DNA of 64,000 bases from Octopus sinensis (Eukaryota), in the NCBI RefSeq assembly GCF_006345805.1, contig NC_043001.1, positions 104,594,001-104,658,000 of the forward strand, read 5' to 3'. The notes under the pieces were generated by a model, which had not been told where the DNA came from, did no database searches, and worked only from the letters and a program-made list of their open reading frames with translations. Position 1 is the stretch's first letter. Every line of letters begins with the position of its first letter. The translations under genes were made by a program, and so were the position numbers. Below are positions 35,940-48,397 of this stretch, one piece after another.

Positions 35940-37380
35940 TAACAACTTTCTCTTTCCTTAAAGTCAACAACTATCTACTCTATATGAGGAAAAATTTCAT
36001 ATATACTTTTACCCAGTTAGGCCTCAAAATTACTGTAACCACTAATCTCTCTGAAGTTGATTTCTTAGATAATTCCCTAGAGTTAAACTTGTTCTCTAAT
36101 AAGGTCTATCATAAAGTAACTGAGAAACTCATGTATATCCATAGACAGTCCTGTCACCCCACTTAGCATTTCAAAACATTACAGCCAACATCAATAACAG
36201 GGTGTTTAATTTCTCCTTTTCTAAGGAAATATTTGTAAAACAACCCATAATATAATATCCTGGCTAACAATCGCTTCAAAGATAAGATGCCTTACAACCA
36301 TTCAATTAAAAATATGAAACATAAAATACACTCAGGAAAATAATATGGTTCTCCCCACACACCCACAAACTTTCTCTTTGAATGTTATGACTAATGTAGG
36401 TAAAAAATTCCTTACTTTAATAGAAAGGCATTTCCTAGTAAACAATAAATACAAGAAAATTAAATTTTTAATAGACATTCAGAGAAAATTTCATTCACAT
36501 GCTTCCCAAGTATGAAAAACATATCACTTGCAGGTCACACCAAGAATTCACTCCAAGTTCTCTTGAGACTCTGAAGCTTGCCTACTCAATCACACATGTT
36601 TGACCAACTCAGTGGTTTATGAAGCCAAAGTCACTGTAGTGCTCCAAAGTAAGGAATTCCAAAAGAAAAATTACTATTTTTTTTTACTTGCTTCAATCAT
36701 CTGACTTTGGCCATGCTGGAGCACTGCCTTGAAGAATTTTTAGTCAAATGAATTGACTCCAGGAATTATTTTTTCAAACCTGGCACTTATTCTATTGGTC
36801 CTTTTTTTTTTGCCAATCTACTAAATGACTTGAACATAAACACACCAACATTGGTTGTCAAGTGGTGGACAAGCACAAACACACACACACATACACGCAT
36901 ATATATATACGATGGGCTTCTTTCAGTTTTCATCTATCAAATCTACTCATAAGGATTTGGTTGGCCCGAGGCTATAGTAGAAGACACTTGCTCAAGGTGC
37001 AATGCAGTGTGAGTGAACCTGGAACCAAGTAGTTGGGAAGCAAATTTTGTACCACACAACCATGTTGGTTTAGGTAAAACAAATTTCAAAAAAAGATACA
37101 AAAGCCAGTGGTTTCCTTTTCAGCATATATGTAAGAATAAAGCTACAAAGTTAACTAGTCATATATGGGAACTGAAGGTCAACACACCACACATAATCAA
37201 GTGGAACATGGTGGTGTGATCAATGCTATATATAAATGGATCAAAGAGATGCAGGCTTTGTGTAGCTGAAAATCTCATATTCTTTTTAGATCCAACAACT
37301 CCATGAACCTAGTAAATTCCAGCTCCAACATATTTAGTAACTGTAAACACATGGACAAATTTCTCATTGAACTGGAAGAT
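35940..37380 (+). mobile_element. Decayed Penelope-like element (RT thumb and GIY-YIG endonuclease), interrupted by a SINE at ~36680-37065
   Basis: LKITVTTNLSEVDFLDNSL...YIHRQSCHP, then VVYEAKV...YY | VGLGKTNFKKRY...LTSHIWELK...IIKWN...SKRCRLC...NCKHMDKFL. Confidence 0.85.
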
Positions 37381-37885
37381 TCTACCCTCTTTGGATAAAA
37401 CATGCAGTCTCACAGACATCAGCTTCCTCCTTATTGACATAGTTTACATATGCTATATTAATTCTGATTCAAACACCATCAACATTAATTCTGATTTCAA
37501 CAGGCAAAGGGGATCCATTAGTCTTGCCAGTGATGTGTGAAACCTCTCCAGTGCTGGTGACATTATAAAACACACCTAGCACACACTGTAAAGAGGTTGT
37601 CATAAGCAAGGACATCCAAACCAAAAATTAAAACTTCAAGTGTGATATGGTCCCCTGGATCCACTAGGAGTGGTGAACCATCCAATCCATGCCAGTATAA
37701 AACAATGTAAATAAAGACATTGATTTTAGTACTTAATCTGGTACCTATTTTATCAACCCCTATTTATACCACAACAAATTGAGTTAGAATCATTTGTGAA
37801 CAAAAATGCTACAAAGTATTGGTACTGACTTATACCGGATCACATATGCACACACACACACACTCACTCACTCACACACAGAGAT

Positions 37886-37917
<32 letters not shown>

Positions 37918-38148
37918 ACAGACTTCCACACAGGTTCCATTTCTCAAATTTCATTCACAAATCATTGTTCAACTGAAGACCCCTGGTGTAAGCTACTGAC
38001 CCAAAGTGTGACTGGGTGGAATTGAACCCAGAATACATCTGTGAAAAGGACTTTTTAACCACACTGTCATACTTTCCATCATTATTTTTCATTATACAAT
38101 TCACCTCGATTCAGAATATATAATCAGCATGGTAAATATCAACAGTAC

Positions 38149-38251
38149 CTGTAAATTCCAATTACATTTATCCAAAAAGAACTTAGCTTTGCCCACATCC
38201 AGTCTTGGAAGTTTTCCAATTAAGGCGTCCATTTTCATTTCCTTGTCATCC
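38149..38251 (-). CDS. UBA-like repeat gene, exon 7: (K)DDKEMKMDALIGKLPRLDVGKAKFFLDKCNWNLQ (UBA-like repeat 2)
   Basis: Acceptor ttttaaaattaattacag, donor CAG|gtactg, 103 nt, phase 2 to 0. Confidence 0.88.
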
Positions 38252-38452
38252 CTGTAATTAATTTTAAAAAAAAATCAAATAACATTATTTGTAGTTTAAT
38301 TTTTTTCACACAGGAAAATTATACAAACGTTTTCTGAAAAATAAACTTTGACACATGAACATTCTATTTCAAGAGAGATTTTTCTTAATATCAAACATAG
38401 TATGAAAACCAATAAAAGAAAATTTGTCAGTATTCCAAAATATATCTATGTT

Positions 38453-38678
38453 TAACCTTTTAATATTTAAACCAGCCATATGTGGCCCAAATATTCTACC
38501 TGCTTTATGTTCAAACTAGCCAGATCTGGCCTCTCACACCTACCTAACAACGTCATTCTAAGACTAAACAATTACATCATTGAAATCTTGAAGCTTTTGA
38601 GATAATGCATGACCCATTCAAAACAACAGAGATAAATAAGGATTACATTTAACAGTAATCTGAATGGTAAAGTGTTAA
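38453..38678. mobile_element. Possible piggyBac-type MITE
   Basis: Ends TTAACCTTT... and ...AAAGTGTTAA, consistent with degenerate TTAA-flanked TIRs. Confidence 0.45.
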
Positions 38679-39017
38679 ACCATAGTTTTTGACTCATTTA
38701 GCAAGACTATATCGTTGCTATTTTGCAAAATTGCTGTAAATCCAAAACATTGCTTTTTCAGAAAATGAAAAAATAGTTTCACCATTCCATAGCAAAACTG
38801 TTGTACTACACATTCACAATTTTTGATATATTGGTATCTGAGGTAGCTGGAGATATGACATTTTGACCAAAAGAACTAGCTATTGCAAACAAAAATAAAT
38901 ATTGAAAAAAAAAAAAAAACGCATTTGGTCAAATTTGAACATATGACAGTTTAACATAATAGCAACAATATGTTCTTTTAAATAAATAGGTATTCTTCAG
39001 AATAATAAATTTTAAGC

Positions 39018-39747
39018 ATATGTGGTACGAATAGATGAGGACAGCTGTGTGAAAAAGTGTCACACCCTAGCAGTTGAGGGAATCTGTGGAAGAGGTAGAC
39101 CCAGGAAGACCTGGAATGAGGAGGTGAAGCACAACCTTCGAACATTGAGCCTCACAAAGGCAATGACTAGTGACCAAGACCTTTGGAAATATGCTGTGTT
39201 TGAGAAGACCCAGCAAGTTAAGTGACACCATAACCCATGACCTATGCCAGCGGTGTAACTAGCCTACTTATGCATTGCTTGCAAAGACCTATCGAGGCAA
39301 GTGAAATCACAATCAAAATCAAATTCACAGACATAGCCAATAACAGCACCACCTGACTGACACCCATGCCAGTGGAATGTTAAAAGCACCATCCGAACAT
39401 GATCGTTGCCAGGGCTGCTGACTGGCTCCTGTGCCGGTGGCATATAAAAAGCACCATTCAAGTGTGATCGTTACCAGCATGGCCTTACTGGCTCCTGTGC
39501 AGGTGGCACATAAAAAACACCATTTGAGCGTGGCCGTCACCAGTACCACCTGACTGGCCCTCGTGCTGGTGGCACGTAAAAGCACCCACTATACTCTCAG
39601 AGTGGTTGGAATTAGGAAGAGCTTCCAACCGTAGAAACTCTACTAGATCAGATTGGAGTCTGGTGCAGCCATCTGGCTTGCCAGTCCTCAGTCAAACCGT
39701 CCAACTCCTGCCAGCATGGAAAGCAGACGTTAAATGATTATGATGAT
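39018..39747 (+). mobile_element. RTE LINE 3' fragment with about four 3'UTR repeat units and tail
   Basis: ORF 39022-39225 (DEDSCVKKCHTLAVEGICGRGRPRKTW) matches 7700-7880 of the 4898 copy. The copy ends GACGTTAAATGATTATGATGATG. Confidence 0.9.
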
Positions 39748-39829
39748 GGCATTATGAATCCTACATAACTGTAGAACATACAAGGTTTGAGATTTATAAG
39801 GTTATCCTACAAAAATCTTAGGTCCTTAC

Positions 39830-39884
39830 TTTGATGTGAAGACCCAAGGTAACTCGTAAAATTTCTGGAAGTTCATCCTGTCTG
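39830..39884 (-). CDS. UBA-like repeat gene, exon 6: (A)DRMNFQKFYELPWVFTS(K)
   Basis: Acceptor tttttgctgtattcag, donor AA|gtaagg, 55 nt. It is phase 1 to 2, exactly bridging exons 5 and 7. Confidence 0.78.
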
Positions 39885-40317
39885 CTGAATACAGCAAAAA
39901 GTAACTAAATGTTACACTAGAAAATGAGTATATATTTATAAAGAGAAGAAGAGTTTGTAGCAGAGATTTGAAACTGAACTGCTAGGTAGCCACACTGATA
40001 TCACAATAAAACCACAGTAGTTTCACATGATTGGTCTATTAAGCAATCAATCAGCATCAAGGACCGCATGATTCAATCTTTTGGAATCTTCTCCTTATGC
40101 CCGTTAAAATGGGTTTTTGGGAGTAATTACAGAACGTTGAGGCAGCCACTGTTGTGTCTCTAGTCTTACCACACCCAGCCAAGGCAAGAATTTTAATTGC
40201 CATGAATATAGCACAATTATTTTCCAGTTATGATGGGCCAGTCACAGATTGCTAAATCAGTAAGTTTGTCATAATCTCCAAGCAGTATGTCTCTCCCAGT
40301 ATTTAATTATTACTGTT

Positions 40318-41225
40318 GAGATGCAGTTTGGTTTTGTACCTGGGAAGAGGACCACAAATGCCATCTCCCTAATGAGACAGCTGCAGGAAAAGTATCTGGC
40401 CAAAAGTCAGCTGTTGTACTTAGCTTTCATTGACTTGGAGAAAGCTTTTGACAGAGTTCCTAACTCTGTTATCTGGTGGTCACTAAGGAAGGTAGGAGTA
40501 GAGGAGCAGCTTGTTAGGGTTAGAGTTAGAGTCAATCAAGCTATGTACAGTGGTACTGTCAGTAAGGAGGAGAATCCACCATGAATAGTGATGAATTTAG
40601 CGTACAAGTAGGTGGGTCACCAGGGCTCAGTTCTTAGTCCACTCTTATTCAACATAGTCTTCCAGGCCCTAACAGAAAAATTCAAAACTGGATGTCCATG
40701 GGAACTACTATACGCTGATGACCTTCCCATTATTGCAGAATCTGCAGCAGAACTGGAGAAAAAATTACAGGTACAGGAACGAAACTTGGAATCAAAGAGC
40801 CTTAAAGTTACCTTAGCAAAGACCAAAGCTGTTGTTAGCAACAGAGCAGATAAAACTCTCTCTTTCCATTAGGTAAATGGCTCTGCTCAATATGTTGGAA
40901 AGGAGTGGGAAATAATTCCATTTACTGCACCCAGTGTAAGTTAGGGACACATAACAGATGCAGTGGAATCACAAGTAGATTAACAGATAGTCACCTTCAT
41001 ATGTGGCAGATATGCAAGGAACAATAAGCACTAAAAGCATATAGGACTTAGACTTTCTCAAACGCTCAGGAGGCTATCTTGAGGTAGTAGACAGTTTCTG
41101 TTACCTACGTGATCAAATTAGTAATGGTGGAGGAAGCTCTGAAAGTATTGTTTCTAGAATAAGAATAGGATGGAGGGAGTTCAGAGAGCTACTACCTCTG
41201 TTGGCAAGAAAAGGATTCTCTCTCA
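40318..41225 (+). mobile_element. Decayed RTE RT and PHD fragment
   Basis: ORFs 40321-40584 (QFGFVPG...LEKAFDRVP) and 40612-40872 (HQGSVLSPLLF...LLYADDL). Confidence 0.9.
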
Positions 41226-42784
41226 TTATGACCTCCATACCTTGAGGGTACGCCCAGGCACTTTCCACCATTTATCTCTCTCTTCTTTACTCTACCATCC
41301 CATCTTATGCTCTGATCCTCATTCCTTGTGAGTATACCTGGCACTTTGCCACCACCCCTCTCCTGTGCATTCTCTTGCACACTTGCTGTCTTCCACTCTC
41401 TCTGTCTTTCCCTCACTTTTCCCTCTGGTTGGATAACCACATATTCCCTCTACAGCAGTACACGTGTTTCTGCCCTCATTCTTGATCATTCTCTTTCTCT
41501 CCTTCTCTTACTCTTCCCTAATCATGTATCTCCTTTACAGCAGCACACCTACTTTTGTCCTCATTCTTGTTAACTCTCTTTCTCTCTCTCTCTCTGATTG
41601 GGTAACCATGTACCTCATCTACAGCAAGACACCCTTCTTCTTAAAAACTTTTAGCATCTGATATAAGATCACTTCCTCCAATTACTCCTTCCCTCCCCAA
41701 AATTCTTTGTCTTGCAAGTTACTTGGAGATCCTGCTAGTGTTGGTGTCCTGTAAAAAGTATCCAGTCCACACTGTAAAGTGGTTGGCATTTGGAAGGGAT
41801 CCAGCTGTAAAAACAATGCCACAAAGCTGACCTTGCCTGTGCTAGTGCCATATAAAAAGCACACAGTCAACTATGTGGGGTGGTTGATGTCAGAAAGGGC
41901 ATCCAGCCTTAAAAACCAGCCAAAACACACACAGAAGTTTAGTGTAGTTTTCTGCCAGGCCAGCTCCTATTAAACCATCCAACCCATTCAAGGTAGGCGT
42001 TAAACAATGATGATGCTGATGATGTTAGTATTTGTAAAAAACCAACACAGTTAAAACACTATGTGCAATAAAATCTGCTTAATGTTTACAGGTGTTGTTC
42101 AGTTATTTCTTCATGCAACCCAAGGAATATATTTTCATTTAATCAGTCATTTACCTCATACCAGCCAACAATAACAACAACAGCCCACAAGTCCATTTAA
42201 TACTGCCATAATATAATTCCTAGCTTCTTCAAAATACTGCTTTGTATCACTGCCTTCATTTTCCCTTCTCCACATAGCTAACTACTGAAATATTTGATCC
42301 CACTATATTTTTTCATCCCCACCCCCGCTTTACTATGAAATTCAGTTTGTTTACTTGCTTCATTGTGTGTTTTGGTATATCACAATCCATTGAAGCTATG
42401 GGGACCTCCAGTTTTTCTTTTCATGAGTGATTACCAGTCCATTCTAATATCTCACTGAAACATTCAGAAAATAATACTCACCCTTCATCTCCTTCTTTTA
42501 AAAGGATTATTTCATTATCACCTTCAACAGAAACGCACTCCCCAGGCATAAGAATGTGTTCCTCAGACTCTTTAGATGTATGCTTGACTATTCTCAAGTG
42601 TCTGGACAAAGTCTACAAAACAATATGCATTACACAAGTTAAACAGAATAATCGAAGAAAATTGATGATTGCCTGCTTCTGCCTACAACAAATGTAAAAT
42701 GTTCAACGAAAATAATCATTAGGCTAATGATGTCATGTATAAAACACTTATGCTGGTTCGATGAATAAAGCATCCATACTGATG

Positions 42785-43045
42785 CCATGTTAAAAGCATC
42801 CATGCTAGTGCCATGTAAAAAGCACTGGTGCTGGTGCCATACAAAAAGCACTGGTGATGGTGCCACATAAAAAGCACTGGTGATGGTGTCACATAAAAAG
42901 CACTGGTGATGGTGCCACATGAAAAGTACTGGTGCTGGCTCCATGTAAAAAGCACTGGTGTGCCACGTAAAAATCACTGGTGCTCATTTTATATAAAAAG
43001 CACTGGTGATGGTTCTGCATATAAAGTACTCATATTGCCACATAA
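42785..43045 (+). repeat. Tandem ~26-bp repeat (about 10 units) at the 5' end of an RTE-tail element
   Basis: Unit GATGGTGCCACATAAAAAGCACTGGT, running into the standard ...GCACCC..CACT...GTGGTTGGCATTA.GAAG.GCATCCAGC 3' module. Confidence 0.85.
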
Positions 43046-43334
43046 AAAGCACCCAGACCACTGTAAAGTGGTTGGCATTAAGAAGAGCATCCAGCCACAG
43101 AAACCATGCCAAAACAGATAATTGGAGCCTGGTACAGCATTCTGGCTGGTCAGCTCCTCTCAGACCATCCAACCCATGCCAGCATGGAAAATAGATGCTT
43201 AATGATAATGACAATGGTGATGACGACGACAATGATGATAACAATGGTGATGACGACGACAATGATGATGACAATGAAGCTAATGATTTTGTTCTCTTCA
43301 CTATGGGTTTAACTTCCATTTATTACAATTTCTT

Positions 43335-43535
43335 GACTCACTGGTCCTCATGCCCGTGGCACGTAAAAGCACCCACTACACTCTCAGAGTGGTTTGCGTT
43401 AGGAAGGGCATCCAGCTGAAGAAACTGCCAGATCAGATTGGAGCCTGGTGCAGCCATCTGGCTCGCCAGTCCTCAGTCAAATCGTCCAACCCATGCCAGC
43501 ATGGAAAGCGGATGTTAAACAATGATGATGATTAT
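43335..43535 (+). mobile_element. RTE-3'UTR-derived short repeat (family 'B' here), representative of about 20 copies
   Basis: GGCACGTAAAAGCACCCACTACACTCTC.GAGTGG...CCAACCCATGCCAGCATGGAAAGCGGA.GTTAAA(TGA)n, the same module as the 3' end of the 4898 RTE. Other copies lie at about 2270, 11030, 17630, 20135, 21465, 26880, 30580, 31400, 32940, 37540, 41680, 42785, 44520, 45750, 46870 and 49400. Confidence 0.88.
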
Positions 43536-45167
43536 GATGAATTAAAACTATATTATGCTAGTATCCACTTTACTATTTGCTTTCCATTTAGCAGGAGTCC
43601 CTAGCCATTTTCTCCTCAATCATTATTTTAAGTTGTCATGCCAACCAGTATCTATTCACTATAACTCTATATTCAGTCATCTTAGCTCTAGAAAACTAAG
43701 AATACTTTGCTAAAGAGGTATGGTAATGCTGAAACCTGTCCATAGTTTCAATAGTGTTTACCTCTCATTCCATTCTAATCTTAATTCATTAAATTCTGGA
43801 ATTACTTATCCTGCCTTTCTTAACCAAATTTAACCATCAAACCCATTGTTCTCATTAAGTTTGTAATTTCAGTTGATTAAAATCTCTTCTCTTACTGCTT
43901 GAACCTTACTATTCATATAATTTAGTTTGCCATGAAGAAGAGAAAATATAAAGCATTTCTAAGGTTTTTCAGTAGATGCCTCATATATCGGATATCTCCT
44001 CTTCATGACAGCTTAATTCATATCACTTTGCGCATGCCTTAGTGGTTAGGATGTTTGACTCATGAACATAAGATTGAGATTTCAATTCCTAGACCAGGTG
44101 ACATGTTGCGTTCTTGAGCCAAACATTTCATTTCACGTTGCTCGAGTCCATTCAGTTGACAAAAATGAGTAATACTACAACAGACCAGCATCCCGTCCAG
44201 GTGGTGAATATATACACCATTGAAACCAGGAAACTGGCCCTCAGAAGCCTGGCATGACTCAAGAAGGAAACATTTATTTTTTGAGAATTTGCTACATTTC
44301 ATATGAGTACATATGCTGGGAGGGACACCATTTTTCATTATACAACTGTAATATACTATCAAGTATATATGCTAGTATATAATGGTGTCCATACGAATAA
44401 TTAAGGTAAATGAGTTAGCTGCCAGGAATGTGTTTATTATGTAAAAACTGATACCTCCAATTAAGTTATACTGCTATATTTGGTGGCTAGTTAAGCAATG
44501 TATTTGTGGATGGTTAATGGATTGTTTGAGTGTGGTTGATGCCAGTGCCATATGACTGCCTCTTGTGGCAGTGGAATGTAAAAAGCACCATGTAAACATG
44601 GTCGATGCCAGTAATGCCTGACTGGCTCCTGTGCTGGTGGCAAGTAAAAAGCACCCACTACACTATTGGAGTGGTTGGCATTAGGGAGAGCATGCAGATG
44701 TAGAAACCTTGCTAGATCAGACTGTAGCCTGGTGCAGCCTCCTAGCTTGCCAGTCCTCAGTCAAACCATCTAACCTATGCCAGCATGGAAAGCAGATGTT
44801 AAACGATGATGATGATGTGGTGCAGAAGAAAAATCAAAAACCCATGAAATATGCAAATACACCATTACCTGTCTTTCTATCTTTGATTGCATTACTTACA
44901 TGGTCATATTCGTATACTTTTACTGGTTTCAGTCAAACAAATTGGCCCCAGAACTTGTTGTTTGTAAGCCTAGTACTTATTCTATTGGTCTCTTTTGTCA
45001 AACTGCTAAGTTACAGGGACATAAACACACCAACATCAGTTGTCAGGCAATGGTGGGGGAACAAACACAGACACACAAACATATATGTATATATATGTGT
45101 GCGTGTGTATATATATATATATGTATATGTGTGTATATATATACACACACACACACACACATACATA

Positions 45168-45745
45168 CAGGGTGCATAAGTTATTTGAGGACGTACCTTG
45201 TTCAGGTCATTGCTGCTGCATTTTTTGCTAACTCTGTATAATCTTTGTTTCAGAAAATAATAATGGCAGACCCTCAGCTTACTTTACAAATGAAGAGGCA
45301 TGCTGTTATTGCGGTTATAAAGGCTGAGCATAGCGATTTAGAAACATCTTGATTTTTAAAAGTTGCCAGATATTTTATCTACAGAGTTTGTAAGGAGTTA
45401 GAGATTGAAGATGGAAATATATCAGCAGTATCAAAGCATAAAAAGCATTCTAAATGCTCTGAAATCATCAAAACACTTGAATTTATCCAGCAAGTTTAAC
45501 GAACCATTGATTACAATCTCAGACAGTCCATCAGGTCAATTGCAAAAGATCTCCATGTGTCAGAAGGAACGGTCAGAAATGTTGTCTACGAAGACATCAG
45601 ATATAAGTCTTATATGACAAGGAAAGGTCAACTTTTCAGAAAAAACAAACGAAAATCACTACATCAGATCTAAAAGGTTCTTAAACAAACTGAAAACTCC
45701 GACAGAAGAATATTTGATTTGGTTAGAAAAGTAGTAAGATTGAGG
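45168..45745 (+). mobile_element. Tc1/mariner-superfamily 5' remnant
   Basis: TA|CAGGGTG terminus. Encodes MADPQLTLQMKRHAVIAVIKAEHS... and ..IAKDLHVSEGTVRNVVYEDIRYKSY (HTH-like). Confidence 0.7.
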
Positions 45746-45749
45746 TGGG

Positions 45750-46480
45750 AATCATCATCATCATCATCGTTTAGCGTCCGTTTTCCGCGCTAGCACGGGT
45801 TGGATGGTTCGACCGGGGTCTGGGAAGCCAGGGGCTGCACCAGGCTCCAGTCTGATCTGGCAGTGTTTCTACAGATGGATGCCCTTCCTAACGCCAACCA
45901 CTCCACGAGTGTAGTGGGTGCTTTTTATGTGCCACCTGCACAGGTGCCAGGGGAATCTGGCATTGGCCACGATCGGTTGGTGCTTTTAACGTGCCACCGG
46001 CACAGAAGCCAGCCAAGGCGGCGCTGGCAACGGCCACGTTTGGATGGTGCTTTTTATGTGCCACCGACACAGAAGCCAGTCGAGGCGGTGCTGGCATCGG
46101 CCACGTTTGGATGGTGCTTTTCATGTGCCACCGGCACAGAAGCCAGTCAAGGCGGCGCTGCCAATGGCCACATTCGGATGGTGCTTTTTATGTAGAATAC
46201 GAATAGCCTGGGCAAAGTTCAGAAAGCTCCTACCCCTACTGGCGACAAAGGGTCTCTCGCTCAAAGTGAAAGGTAGATTGTATGACGCATGTGTGCGAAC
46301 TGCCATGCTTCACGGTAGTGAAACATGGGCTGTGACTGCAGAGGACATGCGTAGACTTGAAAGGAATGAAGCTAGCATGATCCGCTGGATGTGTAATGTC
46401 AGTGTGCGCGCACGACAGAGGGTAAGCACCTTGAGAGAAATGCTGGACATAAGAAGCATCAGATGTGGTGTGCAAGAGAA
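45750..46480 (-). mobile_element. RTE insertion with an inverted 5' segment
   Basis: 45750-46190 is the 3'UTR and (TGA)n tail on the minus strand. 46195-46480 is RTE coding sequence (RIAWAKFRKLLPLL...GRLYDACVR) on the plus strand. Confidence 0.8.
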
Positions 46481-47670
46481 TGATTATAATAATGTTTATT
46501 ATGGTTATGAAGGGGATGAAGAAGACAACGAAGAACTAAAGAGGGTGCTTATGGTGATGACAACAATAACAATGCTGTACATGTTTTCATGAAGCAATCC
46601 AGCAATGCTACAACAACTAATATATTGGTTTCAAACTTCTGGCACAAGGCCAGTAATTTCGAGGGAGTGGGTAAATCAATTACATCAACCCCAGTACTCC
46701 ACTGGTACTTATTTTATCAATACTGAAAGGATGAAAGGCAAAGTTGACCTTCGCTGGAATTTGAACTCAGAACATAAAGACAGATGAAATGCTGCTGAGC
46801 ATTTTGCTTGGCATGCTAACAATTCTGGCAGCTCACCACCTTAACATCAACAAATATATTATTAATAATTGAGGCAAAGTGGCTGAGTACCTTTCAAGAG
46901 CTGGGCCTCACAGAGGTGAAGTGGCTGAGTTCCTTTCAAGTGTTGGGCCTCACAGAAGCAATGACCAAGACCTTTGACATTATGTCATGCTTGAGAAGAA
47001 GATCCATCAAGCCAATCAAAATTGCAGTTGTGGCAGATACCAATGTCACGCAAATTGGTATCGATGCCAGTAGCACGTAAAAGAACCCTGGTGTCATGCA
47101 AATGGCACGTAAAAGCACCCATTACACTCTCGGGGTGGTTGGCGTTAGGAAGGGCATCCAGCCATAGAAAACCATGCCAAATCAGACTGGGGTCTGGTGC
47201 AGCTTTCCAGCTTACCAGACCCTGCAAGCCATCCAACCCATGCCAATGTAGACAACAGATGTTAAATGATGATGATGATGATGACAGTAACAACGATTAT
47301 GTATAATTTCAGAATATGGTCACCTATTTAACTGTCAGCTTCATTAATAATTTCTTAGCACAAAAATACTGTTATTCAGACAGAGGATAGTTAATTCAAT
47401 CAATCACGGCATTTCATTTATAAATCTCAAATGAATGAAAGGTGAAGATGGAATTTGATCTCAACAAAAGAAAATGTAAATAAATAGAAACTGAATGGTT
47501 CTTTGTTGCCTGAATTACACTTTCTACCTTCAGCTAATGCATCTGCTCTCAACCAACATTTCTGGTATTGAACAGTGTGCCTGGCATCGACCATCATTTC
47601 TACTATCAACAAGATTTCCTTTTAGCAATCAACACTTCTAACACCAACCAACATTTTTTCTGTTACCTAC

Positions 47671-47722
47671 CATTTCTGCCATCAACTGTGCCCACTGAAT
47701 CACCAATTTCAGTTTCATCATT
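47671..47722 (-). CDS. UBA-like repeat gene, exon 5: NDETEIGDSVGTVDGRN
   Basis: Acceptor ttttattcttctcag, donor G|gtaggt, 52 nt, phase 0 to 1. Confidence 0.78.
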
Positions 47723-47964
47723 CTGAGAAGAATAAAACAAATACAACTAATACATGTATATATATGCAATCAGTGTCATTGACTCAGTTCATCCAAGCCT
47801 GCTCAATAAATAATCTTCATTACAATGTTAGCTATTGCTTATTGTCTATTAAGAATTTCATGCCTTAATTCTTTTGTAAGTTTATCAGTGTTTTTCTATA
47901 ATAACATAAAAATGTAATACATATAACTAATATAAGAAATATAACTAAATAAAAAGCTACCTAC

Positions 47965-48021
47965 CAAGTCTTTTGCATTCTCATCCTGAACAAGTTCTTT
48001 ATTGAATTGTTCGGTAGCAGC
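47965..48021 (-). CDS. UBA-like repeat gene, exon 4: AATEQFNKELVQDENAKDL
   Basis: Acceptor ttttatttttccatag, donor TTG|gtaggt, 57 nt, phase 0 to 0. Confidence 0.85.
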
Positions 48022-48079
48022 CTATGGAAAAATAAAATAAAATTATTATACCAACATTTATTTTTCTTGTATTAGTTAC

Positions 48080-48397
48080 ACAGGTACCAGACCTTTTATC
48101 TAGAATCCAGAAATCCAGTTATTTTTTAAACTGGCTGGCTTTGAATTTCAGGGGCTGTAGTAGTTTGCCACATGGTCACTTTATTTTGGTTTCTCTAGCT
48201 TTCAAATGGCTTAATAGAGATCAAAAAGACCCTGCTTTATAAATGTATTAATTTGTATATGTTATACAATTTTGTTCTTTACTTTTTGTTGTTTATTTTA
48301 TATTTTCAGTATATAGTTAGCCTGCATCCAGAAATTCGGAAAATTTATAAATCTGGATCATCTCCGGTCCCAAGACTGCCAGATAAGAGGCATCTGT
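48080..48397. mobile_element. Possible pogo/Tigger-type MITE
   Basis: Degenerate ends (CAGGTACC...CTTTTATC at left; GATAAGAGGCATCTGTA at right), TA-flanked. Confidence 0.45.
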
